From Candidatus Sulfotelmatobacter sp. (lineage in GTDB: Bacteria; Acidobacteriota; Terriglobia; Terriglobales; Acidobacteriaceae), in the NCBI GenBank assembly GCA_049696955.1, contig JBAVUV010000801.1, forward strand, positions 1 to 51,337: a DNA stretch of 51,337 bases. The letters run 5' to 3'. Shown in pieces: positions 1 to 9,216 of the stretch (positions are counted from its first letter, which is position 1; each line of letters begins with the position of its first letter). Below the pieces are notes generated by a model. It saw only the letters and a program-made list of their open reading frames with translations, was not told where the DNA came from and ran no database searches. The position numbers and the translations under genes are program-made.

Positions 1-1176
<1,176 letters not shown>

Positions 1177-1361
1177 TTAAGCCAGCCTGTGGAGAGTGTA
1201 TAGGTCCCGATTATACTCGGACGGGCAGCGAGATTGCTGCATTGAACAAAAACACGCGTTCGAAAAATCTTCACACAAATTACGCGCCAATCTGCCGTCC
1301 TTGCCCAGCGAGAACCGCGGGGCTTAGAATCTCAACCGTTCCGCAAAGGAGAATTCTCGCG

Positions 1362-3401
1362 ATGCGCATGTCCCGTTTCGTTTTGCCTCTGATTCTTCTC
1401 TTGACCCTTGGTTGCCTCGCGCAAACGTCCTCGTCCGCCAAGCCTGCTCCGGGTTTCAGCCTGGACACAATCGATAAGACCATCGACCCATGTGTGGATT
1501 TCTACCAGTACGCTTGCGGTAATTGGATTAAGAATTCGCAGATTCCTGCGGATCAAGCGCAGTGGGGAAGCTTCGTGGAATTGCATGAGCGCAATCTTGA
1601 TATTCTTCACGGCATTCTCGAGAAGGCTGCCGCAGGGGGCGCGACACGCGATGGCATCGACCAGAGAATCGGCGATCTCTACGGATCGTGTATGGACGAG
1701 AAGGCAGCGGATGCCAGGGGCATCGCGCCCATCAAGCCGGAACTGGATCGCATCGCAGCGGTCAAAGATAAAGGCGCGCTCATCGACGAGCTCGCGCACG
1801 TGCACCTCACGGGGCCGAGCCCGCTGTTTAACTTTTACTCAGCGCCCGATTTGCATAATGCAGATCAGGTGATCGCTTATATCGACCAGGGCGGGCTTAC
1901 GTTGCCGGATCGCGATTACTACATCAAAGATGATCCGGACAAAGTTGAGAAGCGGCAGTTCATGGTGGACTATGCGACGAAATTGTTTACGCTGGCGGGG
2001 CAAACTCCGCAGCAGGCGGCACATTCCGCGGAGACTGTCCTGGTCATCGAGACGATGCTGGCGGTGGATTCCATGGATCGCACCAAGCGCCGCGATCCGA
2101 AAAACCGCGATCATAAGATGACGCGAGAGGAAGCAGCCGCTCTGGGTCCTGATTTTTATTTGAATCGTTACTTCACGGCCATGGGTGCGCCGAATTTCAC
2201 CCAGCTGAATGTTACGAATCCAGAGTTCTTCAAGCTGGTAAACGGAGTGATCGAAGCCGAGCCTCTGGACGCTTTGAAGACTTATGTGAGTTGGCATGTG
2301 CTGAATACAGCGGCGCCGTGGCTTTCACAGCCGTTCGTGGAGGCGAACTTCAAATTGCAGCAGAAGCTCACGGGTCAGGAGCAGATTCAGGCGCGCTGGA
2401 AGCGCTGTGTCAACTTGACTGATCGTGAACTGGTCGAGGCGCTGGGAGAGAGATATGTGGATGTAACGTTCGGTCCCGATGGCAAGCAGCGCATGCTGAA
2501 GATGGTGGATGCGCTGGAGAAATCTTTGACCAGCGACATTCAGGATCTTTCCTGGATGAGCGACCAAACCAAGAAAGAAGCCAAGGTGAAGCTGGATGCG
2601 ATTCGCAACAAGATTGGCTATCCGGACGTTTACCGCGACTACAGTTCCGTCGTAATCAAACCAAACGACCTGATGGGCAACATCGAACGCGCGGATGAAT
2701 TCGAAGCGAAGCGGGAAATCAATAAAATCGACAAGCCGCTTGATCGCAAAGAGTGGGGCATGACTCCGCCCACGGTGAATGCTTATTACAGCGGGTCGTT
2801 CAATGAAATTGTATTTCCGGCGGGCATTCTGCAGCCGCCGTTTTTCGATAAGAATGTGGATGATGCGGTCAATTTTGGCGGCATCGGGCTGGTGATTGGC
2901 CATGAACTCACGCATGGGTTCGACGATCAGGGGCGCAAATTCGATCCACACGGTAACTTGCACGACTGGTGGACCGAGCAGGATGGAAAAGAGTTCGAAC
3001 AGCGCGTGAGTTGCGTGGCTAACGAATATTCGAACTTCGTCGCGGTCGACGATTTGAAGCTGAACGGCCGGCTCACTCTCGGCGAGAATACTGCGGACAA
3101 TGGCGGAGCGCGCATCGCGCTGATGGCGTTGGAGCAGATGATTGCCGATGACAAGAACGGAAAAGAAGCGCAGACCATCGATGGCTATACTCCGGAGCAG
3201 CGGTTCTTTCTGGGATTCGGGCGGGTGTGGTGTGAGAAACGGCGTCCGGAGATTGCGCGCGCACGGGTGCTCACCGATCCGCACTCACCTGGCAAATACC
3301 GCGTTAATGGAGTGGTGCAAAACATGCCGGAGTTTCAGAAGGCGTGGGGATGTAAAGCCGGCCAGCCGATGGTGGCGGAGAACGCTTGCCACGTCTGGTA
3401 A
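1362..3401 (+). CDS. M13-family zinc metalloendopeptidase (PepO/neprilysin-like), secreted
   Basis: In-frame part of ORF 1095..3401. ATG 1362 is preceded by aaaggag (1346-1352) and followed by the signal-like MRMSRFVLPLILLLTLGCLAQ. HELTHGFDDQG (HExxH) and GENTADNGG motifs are typical of M13 peptidases. Confidence 0.9.
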   Translation: MRMSRFVLPLILLLTLGCLAQTSSSAKPAPGFSLDTIDKTIDPCVDFYQYACGNWIKNSQIPADQAQWGSFVELHERNLDILHGILEKAAAGGATRDGIDQRIGDLYGSCMDEKAADARGIAPIKPELDRIAAVKDKGALIDELAHVHLTGPSPLFNFYSAPDLHNADQVIAYIDQGGLTLPDRDYYIKDDPDKVEKRQFMVDYATKLFTLAGQTPQQAAHSAETVLVIETMLAVDSMDRTKRRDPKNRDHKMTREEAAALGPDFYLNRYFTAMGAPNFTQLNVTNPEFFKLVNGVIEAEPLDALKTYVSWHVLNTAAPWLSQPFVEANFKLQQKLTGQEQIQARWKRCVNLTDRELVEALGERYVDVTFGPDGKQRMLKMVDALEKSLTSDIQDLSWMSDQTKKEAKVKLDAIRNKIGYPDVYRDYSSVVIKPNDLMGNIERADEFEAKREINKIDKPLDRKEWGMTPPTVNAYYSGSFNEIVFPAGILQPPFFDKNVDDAVNFGGIGLVIGHELTHGFDDQGRKFDPHGNLHDWWTEQDGKEFEQRVSCVANEYSNFVAVDDLKLNGRLTLGENTADNGGARIALMALEQMIADDKNGKEAQTIDGYTPEQRFFLGFGRVWCEKRRPEIARARVLTDPHSPGKYRVNGVVQNMPEFQKAWGCKAGQPMVAENACHVW

Positions 3402-3565
3402 GTATCGAGAGCAGAAGTTGAGTAACTAAGCAAGGCCCGGCTCTTGTGTCGGGCTCTTCTCTTGAGCTTACTCTTGGCCTGGTCATTGGCTGCCCGACAG
3501 TTCGCGGCACGCGCGTTCTAAGAGATCATCCCGACCGAAATTGGATGTTTGAACCGGCCTCAATT

Positions 3566-3596
3566 CCCAGGTCTCGCAAAAGAAGCGAGACCTGGG
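3566..3596. terminator. Strong hairpin between convergent M13 peptidase and ppa genes (candidate bidirectional terminator)
   Basis: Perfect 12-bp inverted repeat cccaggtctcgc (3566-3577) / gcgagacctggg (3585-3596) with a 7-nt loop, about 25 nt beyond the ppa stop. There is no clean U-tract on either side. Confidence 0.5.
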
Positions 3597-3621
3597 GCAC
3601 CCGCTCTCATTTTCGGGTTGA

Positions 3622-4173
3622 TCACTTTTTCGCCTGGAAGCCCTTGCGGCGCTGTTCACTGTAGCGGAGAAGGGCGTCGAGGATGATGGGATAAGCCTCT
3701 GCCGCAGGGCGTATCTCGTCGACTTCGACGGCTTTGCCTTCGAGTTGTTTATAGTCCTGAAAAAAACGCCGCAGCATGAGCATGCGGTGCGGCGGCATCT
3801 CCGCGGCTTCATGGTAGGAGTTGAACTCAGGATCCTGCGTGGCAATGGCAATGATTTTATGGTCGGGCTTGCCGCCATCGATCATCGTCATCAGGCCGAT
3901 GGTGCGCGCGTGAATGATGGTGAGCGGGACGACGGGTTCCTGGCAAAGCACAAGGACATCGAGCGGGTCATCGTCTTCGGCGAGTGTCTGCGGAATGAAG
4001 CCGTAGTTCGCCGGATAATAAACGGCAGAATAGAGGATGCGGTCGAGTTTGATGAGGCCGCTGGCCTTGTCGAGTTCGTACTTTACGCTTGAGCCGAAAG
4101 GGATTTCGATGACGCAGTCGAATTCCTGCGGGAGCTTGTCGCCGGGAGTTACGTCGTGCCAGGGATGGATCAT
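3622..4173 (-). CDS. ppa: Inorganic pyrophosphatase (family I)
   Basis: [11 protein letters not shown]...[54 protein letters not shown] matches family I soluble PPase over its whole length. Confidence 0.95.
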   Translation of the reverse strand: MIHPWHDVTPGDKLPQEFDCVIEIPFGSSVKYELDKASGLIKLDRILYSAVYYPANYGFIPQTLAEDDDPLDVLVLCQEPVVPLTIIHARTIGLMTMIDGGKPDHKIIAIATQDPEFNSYHEAAEMPPHRMLMLRRFFQDYKQLEGKAVEVDEIRPAAEAYPIILDALLRYSEQRRKGFQAKK

Positions 4174-4196
4174 AGGGTTATTGGACTGAGTTTATT

Positions 4197-5249
4197 CTAA
4201 CGGACGATGCTATCAACTGGTCTGTAGTGGGCGGCTACCGCCATATCTTCTGCCGCATAATCGAACTGCACCAGGAGCGACTCGGTTGGCGGATTTTCTA
4301 GTTCCCAGCTGATCGTCCGACGGATCGCATCTTCGAGCGCCACTGGTTCTTCGTATCCCAGTTCTTGGCGGATGCGCGCTGAACTCACGGTCCAGTGCTG
4401 GGCGGCATTGCCGGGCCTGTGCAAGTGCGGCGGCGTTTGTTCGACGGGCAGGATGACGAAGTCGCCCTCCCACTGCATAGCCGAGGCGATCTTCCGTGCC
4501 CATTCCAGTTCGCTGAAGGAGGGCTGCTCGCAAACATTGTAGATACGTCGCGACGCGCGTTGATCTGTGGCGGCCAGCGCAATGGCTGCGGCGACATTTT
4601 CAACGTAGCCGCGGGGCGATTGCCATGCGGCCAGCGTGTCGGGAAAAATGATGTGGCGTCGTTTGTCGGTGATGCGCTTCACCAGGGGATAAAAACGATG
4701 CAGCGGATCGCCGGGTCCGTAGACCATGGGCAGGCGGAGCACGGTGCCGGGAAGTTCGCGGTCATTCATCACCACCCGCTCAGCCGGAATCTTGTCGTAA
4801 TCGTCGGTAACCCAGCCGAAGGTCCTGCGCAGAATCTGCAAGCTCTCGGGCGGGTAAAGGTGCAGGGTGCGGCGCAATGCCGACTCTTCCGTAAGGGGCA
4901 GCTCTTGCAGCGGCCCGCTTTCTGTGCCATGGCTAATGCCTACGGCGCGGTAAACGTCCATGCTGCTCAGCATGAGGACGCGCTGGGTTGCGCCACGGAA
5001 AGTCTTCATCAGCTCTTCCGCTTGCGGAGCTGAACTCAGGGTTAGGTCGATTACAACGTCCGGAGCGAAGCGTTTGAGTTCGTGAACGCTGGCGGCGAGT
5101 TGGTTGCGGTCGCCGCGAATATCCTCCGCCCCCGCGGGCGCAGCAGCCGTGCCGCGGTGAAACACGGCCACCGTATGGCATCGCTGAATCAGTTCGGCGA
5201 CGACAAATCGCCCGATAAAGCCGTTCCCGCCGATCAGCAGAATGCGCAT
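4197..5249 (-). CDS. NAD-dependent epimerase/dehydratase family (extended SDR) protein
   Basis: N-terminal Rossmann motif MRILLIGGNGFIGRFV and a length of ~350 aa. Lies 23 nt upstream of ppa on the same strand. Confidence 0.75.
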   Translation of the reverse strand: MRILLIGGNGFIGRFVVAELIQRCHTVAVFHRGTAAAPAGAEDIRGDRNQLAASVHELKRFAPDVVIDLTLSSAPQAEELMKTFRGATQRVLMLSSMDVYRAVGISHGTESGPLQELPLTEESALRRTLHLYPPESLQILRRTFGWVTDDYDKIPAERVVMNDRELPGTVLRLPMVYGPGDPLHRFYPLVKRITDKRRHIIFPDTLAAWQSPRGYVENVAAAIALAATDQRASRRIYNVCEQPSFSELEWARKIASAMQWEGDFVILPVEQTPPHLHRPGNAAQHWTVSSARIRQELGYEEPVALEDAIRRTISWELENPPTESLLVQFDYAAEDMAVAAHYRPVDSIVR

Positions 5250-5353
5250 TGACGCAATTATGACAGCGCTAAGTATGGCAGTCCTTCGAAATCTTGATTC
5301 CGGGTGCGGGGAGGGGTAGAGTCTTAGAGATACGGCGCTGTGAAGGGTGTCCT

Positions 5354-5830
5354 ATGTCCAGTCAAGGCAAAACGTATCTAAAGTTTGGCGCGGCTACGGT
5401 TGTCATACTGTTGCTGCTCGGTTATCTCGCTTACACCGGGGTGCAGGATAGCAAGAGCTACTACGTCACAATCAGCGAGTTGCACAAAATGGGGAACGGG
5501 GCTTATACGAAGCGGCTGCGCGTGGCGGGGAATGTGCAGCCGGGGTCGATCAAGCGGACCGGAACGCACGTGCAGTTTGTGCTAATGGAGCAGGATCAGT
5601 TGCTCTCGGTGGATTACACGGGGACGGAAGCGCCTCCGGATACGTTCAAGGACGATTCGCAAGCCCTGGCTGATGGCAGCTTTGGACATGATGGGGTGTT
5701 CCACGCTAAAGGGCTGCAGGCCAAGTGCGCATCGAAATATGCGCCGCAGCAGCCGGGGAACTCCATGCAGGCCGAGCCGGCGAAGAGTATTACGCAGGTG
5801 CAGCCCAAGTCAAACGATCTGCCGAACTAG
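5354..5830 (+). CDS. ccmE: Cytochrome c maturation heme chaperone CcmE, Cys-variant (CxxxY instead of HxxxY)
   Basis: In-frame ATG 5354 with gaaggg 6 nt upstream. Has an N-terminal membrane anchor, and the OB-fold region LRVAGNVQPGSIKR...VDYTGTEAPPDTFKDDSQALADGSF aligns to CcmE. The C-terminal AKGLQAKCASKYAP aligns to E. coli AKEVLAKHDENYTP. Confidence 0.85.
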   Translation: MSSQGKTYLKFGAATVVILLLLGYLAYTGVQDSKSYYVTISELHKMGNGAYTKRLRVAGNVQPGSIKRTGTHVQFVLMEQDQLLSVDYTGTEAPPDTFKDDSQALADGSFGHDGVFHAKGLQAKCASKYAPQQPGNSMQAEPAKSITQVQPKSNDLPN

Positions 5831-5845
5831 TTTCTTGTTTCGAAG

Positions 5846-5887
5846 GTGGCGGCGGGACGCCGCCACGACAGCCGCCGGGGCGGCGGC
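5846..5887 (+). terminator. Two adjacent GC-only hairpins between ccmE and ccmA (terminator or attenuator candidate)
   Basis: Hairpin 1: gtggcggcg (5846-5854) / cgccgccac (5858-5866), 9 bp with a 3-nt loop. Hairpin 2: gccgcc (5871-5876) / ggcggc (5882-5887), 6 bp with a 5-nt loop. The segments can also pair crosswise. No U-tract. Confidence 0.35.
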
Positions 5888-5993
5888 GCTACTAATCCTT
5901 GCCTCAATCCTTAGCCTTTGCAAAAAATTCTGAAAATCCATAGATTCTGTTGGTGCCTGGAACTACAAACCTCTTAGCAGTGCATTACTCTTC

Positions 5994-6686
5994 GTGATCG
6001 ATTCGACCATCGCGCCGCGGGGCGATCCTCTCATTGTCATCGAGGGACTAATCAAGCAGTTTGGCCGCTTCGCCGCTCTACGTGGTGTGGATGCAGAATT
6101 TCATGCTGGAAAGTTTTATGTAATTCTGGGAGATAACGGGGCGGGGAAGACAACTTTGTTGCGGGCGATGGCGGGGTTGGCGCAGCCAACCCGGGGCACG
6201 ATTTCGATTTTGGGTAAGAATCCACAGGATGCGTGCCGCGAGATCGGTTATATGGCGCATCCCTCTCTGCTTTATGACGAGATGAGTGGGATGGAAAATC
6301 TAAGCTATTTTGCTCGACTCTACGACATCGTGGGCGATAGCCGCTGTGAAGAGGCGATTCGATCGGTGCGGCTTGATCCCGAATTGAAGCGTCCTGTTGG
6401 CCAGTATTCGCAGGGAATGCGACAGCGCGTTTCGCTGGCACGTGCAATTCTGCACGATCCGAAGATTCTATTGCTCGATGAGCCATTCTCGAATGTGGAC
6501 GTGCATTCGGCGCAGGAAATGGCGGCGCTACTCAAAGGCATGCGGGATGATGGCAAGACTGTTTTTGTGGTCACGCATCAGGCTGCGCTGCTGGAGGGCG
6601 TGGCCGACGAATTTGTGTGGATGGAGAATGGGAAGATTCTGGAACGCACGTCCGATCTGAAGCCGGTGCGGCGGGCGGCGCAATGA
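5994..6686 (+). CDS. ccmA: Heme exporter ATP-binding protein CcmA
   Basis: Walker A GDNGAGKTTLL, ABC signature YSQGMRQRVSLARA, Walker B LLLDEPFSNVD. Its stop overlaps the ccmB start (ATGA at 6683-6686). Confidence 0.85.
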   Translation: MIDSTIAPRGDPLIVIEGLIKQFGRFAALRGVDAEFHAGKFYVILGDNGAGKTTLLRAMAGLAQPTRGTISILGKNPQDACREIGYMAHPSLLYDEMSGMENLSYFARLYDIVGDSRCEEAIRSVRLDPELKRPVGQYSQGMRQRVSLARAILHDPKILLLDEPFSNVDVHSAQEMAALLKGMRDDGKTVFVVTHQAALLEGVADEFVWMENGKILERTSDLKPVRRAAQ

Positions 6687-7360
6687 GTTCGCTTCGCTCC
6701 ATCACGCTGGCCACGCTGGCGAAAGATATCCGGCTGGAGTGGCGCTCGCGCGATGCCATCAACTCGATGCTGTTTTTTTCGCTGCTGGTGGTGGTGATCT
6801 TCAGCTTTTCTTTCGATCCGAATGCGGAAGAGTCGCGCGAAATCGCGGGAGGGCTGATCTGGGTAGCGTTTCTGTTTGCCGCAGTGGTGGCTTTGAACCA
6901 GACATGGGCGCGCGAACTGCGCAACCAGGTGCTGGATGCTTACCGAGTTTCACCAGCCCCGGCGAACTCGTTGTTTATTGCTAAGGCGCTAGGGAATTTT
7001 ATTCTGGTTACCGTGCTGGAAGCAGTAATGGCGCCGCTGTTCATGATCTTTTACAACTTGCGCGCGGTAGGTCCGGCGTGGCAGTTAATTCCGGTCGCGC
7101 TCCTGGGAACCTGGGCGTTGGTGGTGAATGGAACTTTTTTTGCGGCCATGTCGTTACGCACGCGCAGCCGCGAAATTATGTTGCCGTTGTTGCTGTTCCC
7201 CATCTCGATACCGGCGGTGCAGTCGATGGTGGAGGCGACGCGTATCATTCTATCCGGCGACGGCTCGGCGCGCTTCTGGATCGTATTGCTTCTCACCTAC
7301 GATGTGGTGTTTACTACAGCTTGTCTGGCATTGTTCGAGACCATTCTGCAGGCGGAATGA
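6683..7360 (+). CDS. ccmB: Heme exporter membrane protein CcmB
   Basis: In-frame ATG 6683 within ORF 6617..7360. MSSLRSITLATLAKDIRLEWRSRDAINSMLFF is followed by a polytopic membrane protein. Sits between ccmA and ccmC with 4-nt overlaps on both sides. Confidence 0.85.
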   Translation: MSSLRSITLATLAKDIRLEWRSRDAINSMLFFSLLVVVIFSFSFDPNAEESREIAGGLIWVAFLFAAVVALNQTWARELRNQVLDAYRVSPAPANSLFIAKALGNFILVTVLEAVMAPLFMIFYNLRAVGPAWQLIPVALLGTWALVVNGTFFAAMSLRTRSREIMLPLLLFPISIPAVQSMVEATRIILSGDGSARFWIVLLLTYDVVFTTACLALFETILQAE

Positions 7361-8040
7361 AACGGGCCTTCCCCATCCTCGCAGTTCTTACGGCGTTTCT
7401 GCTGGCTTACGCTTTTTATGAAGCGATTTGGGTCGCACCCATGGAGCGAACCATGGGCGACGTGCAACGCATCTTTTATTACCACGTGCCTTCGGCTTGG
7501 ACGGCATTCTTGCTGTTCTTTGTGAACCTGGTGGCTTCGGTCGTGTACCTCATTCGAAAAAGCGCGAAGGCGGATGCTGTTGCGCTGGTCTCGGCGGAAG
7601 TGGGCGTTGTCTTTTGCACGGTTGTGCTGGTTACCGGGCCCATCTGGGCGCGGCCGGTGTGGGGCATCTGGTGGACTTGGGATTTGCGTCTTACGCTGAC
7701 TTTGGTTCTCTGGCTGATTTACGTCAGCTATCTGGTTCTGCGGCGATTTTCCGATAGTGCGCAGACTCCGAAGCTGGCAGCGGTGCTGGCCATTTTCGGA
7801 GCGCTGGACGTGCCGCTGGTTTACTTTTCGATCTGGTTTTTTCGCACGCAACATCCGCAGCCGGTGATTGGGGGAGGTGGGTCCATTGATCCCCGCATGC
7901 TGCACGTACTTCTGATTAACTGGCTGGCGTTCTCCTGCTTTGCCTGGCTGGTTTGCTGGTGGCGCTACCGATTGGAAATGTTGCAGCGCCAAGCGGATGA
8001 GTTGGAGAGCCTGGAATCCCTACGCGGAGTGGTGCAATGA
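7357..8040 (+). CDS. ccmC: Heme exporter protein CcmC
   Basis: In-frame ATG 7357 within ORF 7078..8040. Tryptophan-rich WWD motif WGIWWTWDLRLT, and YYHVPSAW near the N-terminus. Confidence 0.9.
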   Translation: MKRAFPILAVLTAFLLAYAFYEAIWVAPMERTMGDVQRIFYYHVPSAWTAFLLFFVNLVASVVYLIRKSAKADAVALVSAEVGVVFCTVVLVTGPIWARPVWGIWWTWDLRLTLTLVLWLIYVSYLVLRRFSDSAQTPKLAAVLAIFGALDVPLVYFSIWFFRTQHPQPVIGGGGSIDPRMLHVLLINWLAFSCFAWLVCWWRYRLEMLQRQADELESLESLRGVVQ

Positions 8041-8162
8041 ATTCGATCAAATTTCTTTGGGCGGCCTACATTGCAACGTGGGTGATTCACGGTTTCTACA
8101 TTGGCAGCGTTGCGCGGCGCTACCGGCGGGTAAGTCAGAGGATGAAGGACTTGGGCAAGTAA
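8037..8162 (+). CDS. ccmD: Small CcmD-family membrane protein (41 aa)
   Basis: Below the 60-aa cutoff of the ORF track. ATG 8037 overlaps the ccmC stop (ATGA). Translation is MNSIKFLWAAYIATWVIHGFYIGSVARRYRRVSQRMKDLGK: one TM helix followed by a basic tail, the pattern I recall for the alternative CcmD family. Confidence 0.7.
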   Translation: MNSIKFLWAAYIATWVIHGFYIGSVARRYRRVSQRMKDLGK

Positions 8163-8223
8163 ATGCAGCTTGTGGTTCCGTTCGAGGCTGACACGCCGAG
8201 TTCCGGAAGCCTGATCCCAGCCT

Positions 8224-8622
8224 TCAGTTCGTCGCTTTCCAATCTCTTTGCAGTTCGCTCAGGAAATCGGTGCCTCCGGAGGAGCGGAGGAATTCGTAAT
8301 CCTCAATCATAGCAGCGGTGCCGACGCGCAATGATGGAAGGGGCGATTCCGAGCGAATTACACGGGCGGTGAAGCGTACGCGAACCGCATCGGTCAGCGT
8401 AATGTGTGGAGGAAACGTCAGGGTAACTTCGCAGCGCGTGCCGGCGGGAAGCGGGCGATCGAGATAGAAGAAAACTCCGCGTGCGCTCACGTTCTGGGTT
8501 TCGGTTTGGAATTCGTTGTTAGCGTCGAGACGGACCAGCGCGGGCAGGCGCATATCAAAGCGCCGCATCAGCCGTCGTTCCTGAGAATCCGGTTGCATCC
8601 GAAGCGTATTTTCCGAAAGCAT
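8224..8622 (-). CDS. PilZ domain protein (putative c-di-GMP receptor)
   Basis: RRLMRRFDMRLPA (RxxxR) followed about 25 residues later by NVSARGVFF (N-x-S-x-x-G), the bipartite PilZ signature. Confidence 0.75.
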   Translation of the reverse strand: MLSENTLRMQPDSQERRLMRRFDMRLPALVRLDANNEFQTETQNVSARGVFFYLDRPLPAGTRCEVTLTFPPHITLTDAVRVRFTARVIRSESPLPSLRVGTAAMIEDYEFLRSSGGTDFLSELQRDWKATN

Positions 8623-9216
8623 TGTTCCCCGACAAAGAAAATCTTAATGCGGAAACAGCAACCAGGCTGGAAGGCTGGATCCTGCCTCAGGCAGGTCCTG
8701 ATTGCATTCCACTCTATAGGTTTACCGGCCGTTTGCAAGAGCAAAAAAGCTCATGCACTGATTCGGTAAACGGTTGAGCTTACCTGGAAAAGCGGTGTTG
8801 GAGGAGACTGCACAGCGGTACCCCTAGACGGCAGCAATCGGATGACCATCCGCGCGCGAAGGGAGCTGCGGCGTTTTCGCGGAGAATCAACGGCTTCTAA
8901 GCCCGGTGCAGGCTCACGCGGCGTGGTTGTATGCAGCGATTTGCAGAAATCTCCTGTTGCGATCCTCTGCAGGCTCTTTCCTCCCACCTTCGTGCTACGT
9001 TTTCTCCGCCCTGTGCATTCTCGACCCACTGTTTTCTCGGCTGTCCGCGGCATCTTTATCGGTCCACGGGCGCATCTGAGGTCTTGAAGCGGGCGTGAGA
9101 TCAGGCGCTCGCTTGACTTGGCTGTCCGTCAGATGTTTAAGTAGTTGTTTATTTTCCGCCAGTTCCTAAATGACATGTCAGCAGCGGGCGGCTTCGCCGG
9201 CGCCAGGTGAGAATTC

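Noticed and set aside
2325-3284. 319-aa ORF antisense to the M13 peptidase gene.
   Set aside because: This is a shadow ORF in a GC-rich gene, with a low-complexity Arg/His-rich translation and no motifs. The opposite strand carries an unambiguous peptidase.
3435-3464. Short hairpin gcccg-N10-cgggc followed by tcttctctt after the peptidase stop, as an intrinsic terminator.
   Set aside because: It has only 5-6 bp with a 10-nt loop, which is too weak to call on its own. The nearby 12-bp hairpin at 3566-3596 is the better-supported element.
8790-8990. Minus-strand GGGAGGAAAG... and ...ACCGGGCUUAGAAG resemble the RNase P RNA CR-I and CR-IV elements.
   Set aside because: The enclosed segment is only ~190 nt, and it lacks the UCCGGGC continuation of P4, the GGUAAGAGC region and other universal elements. 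The resemblance is probably coincidental.
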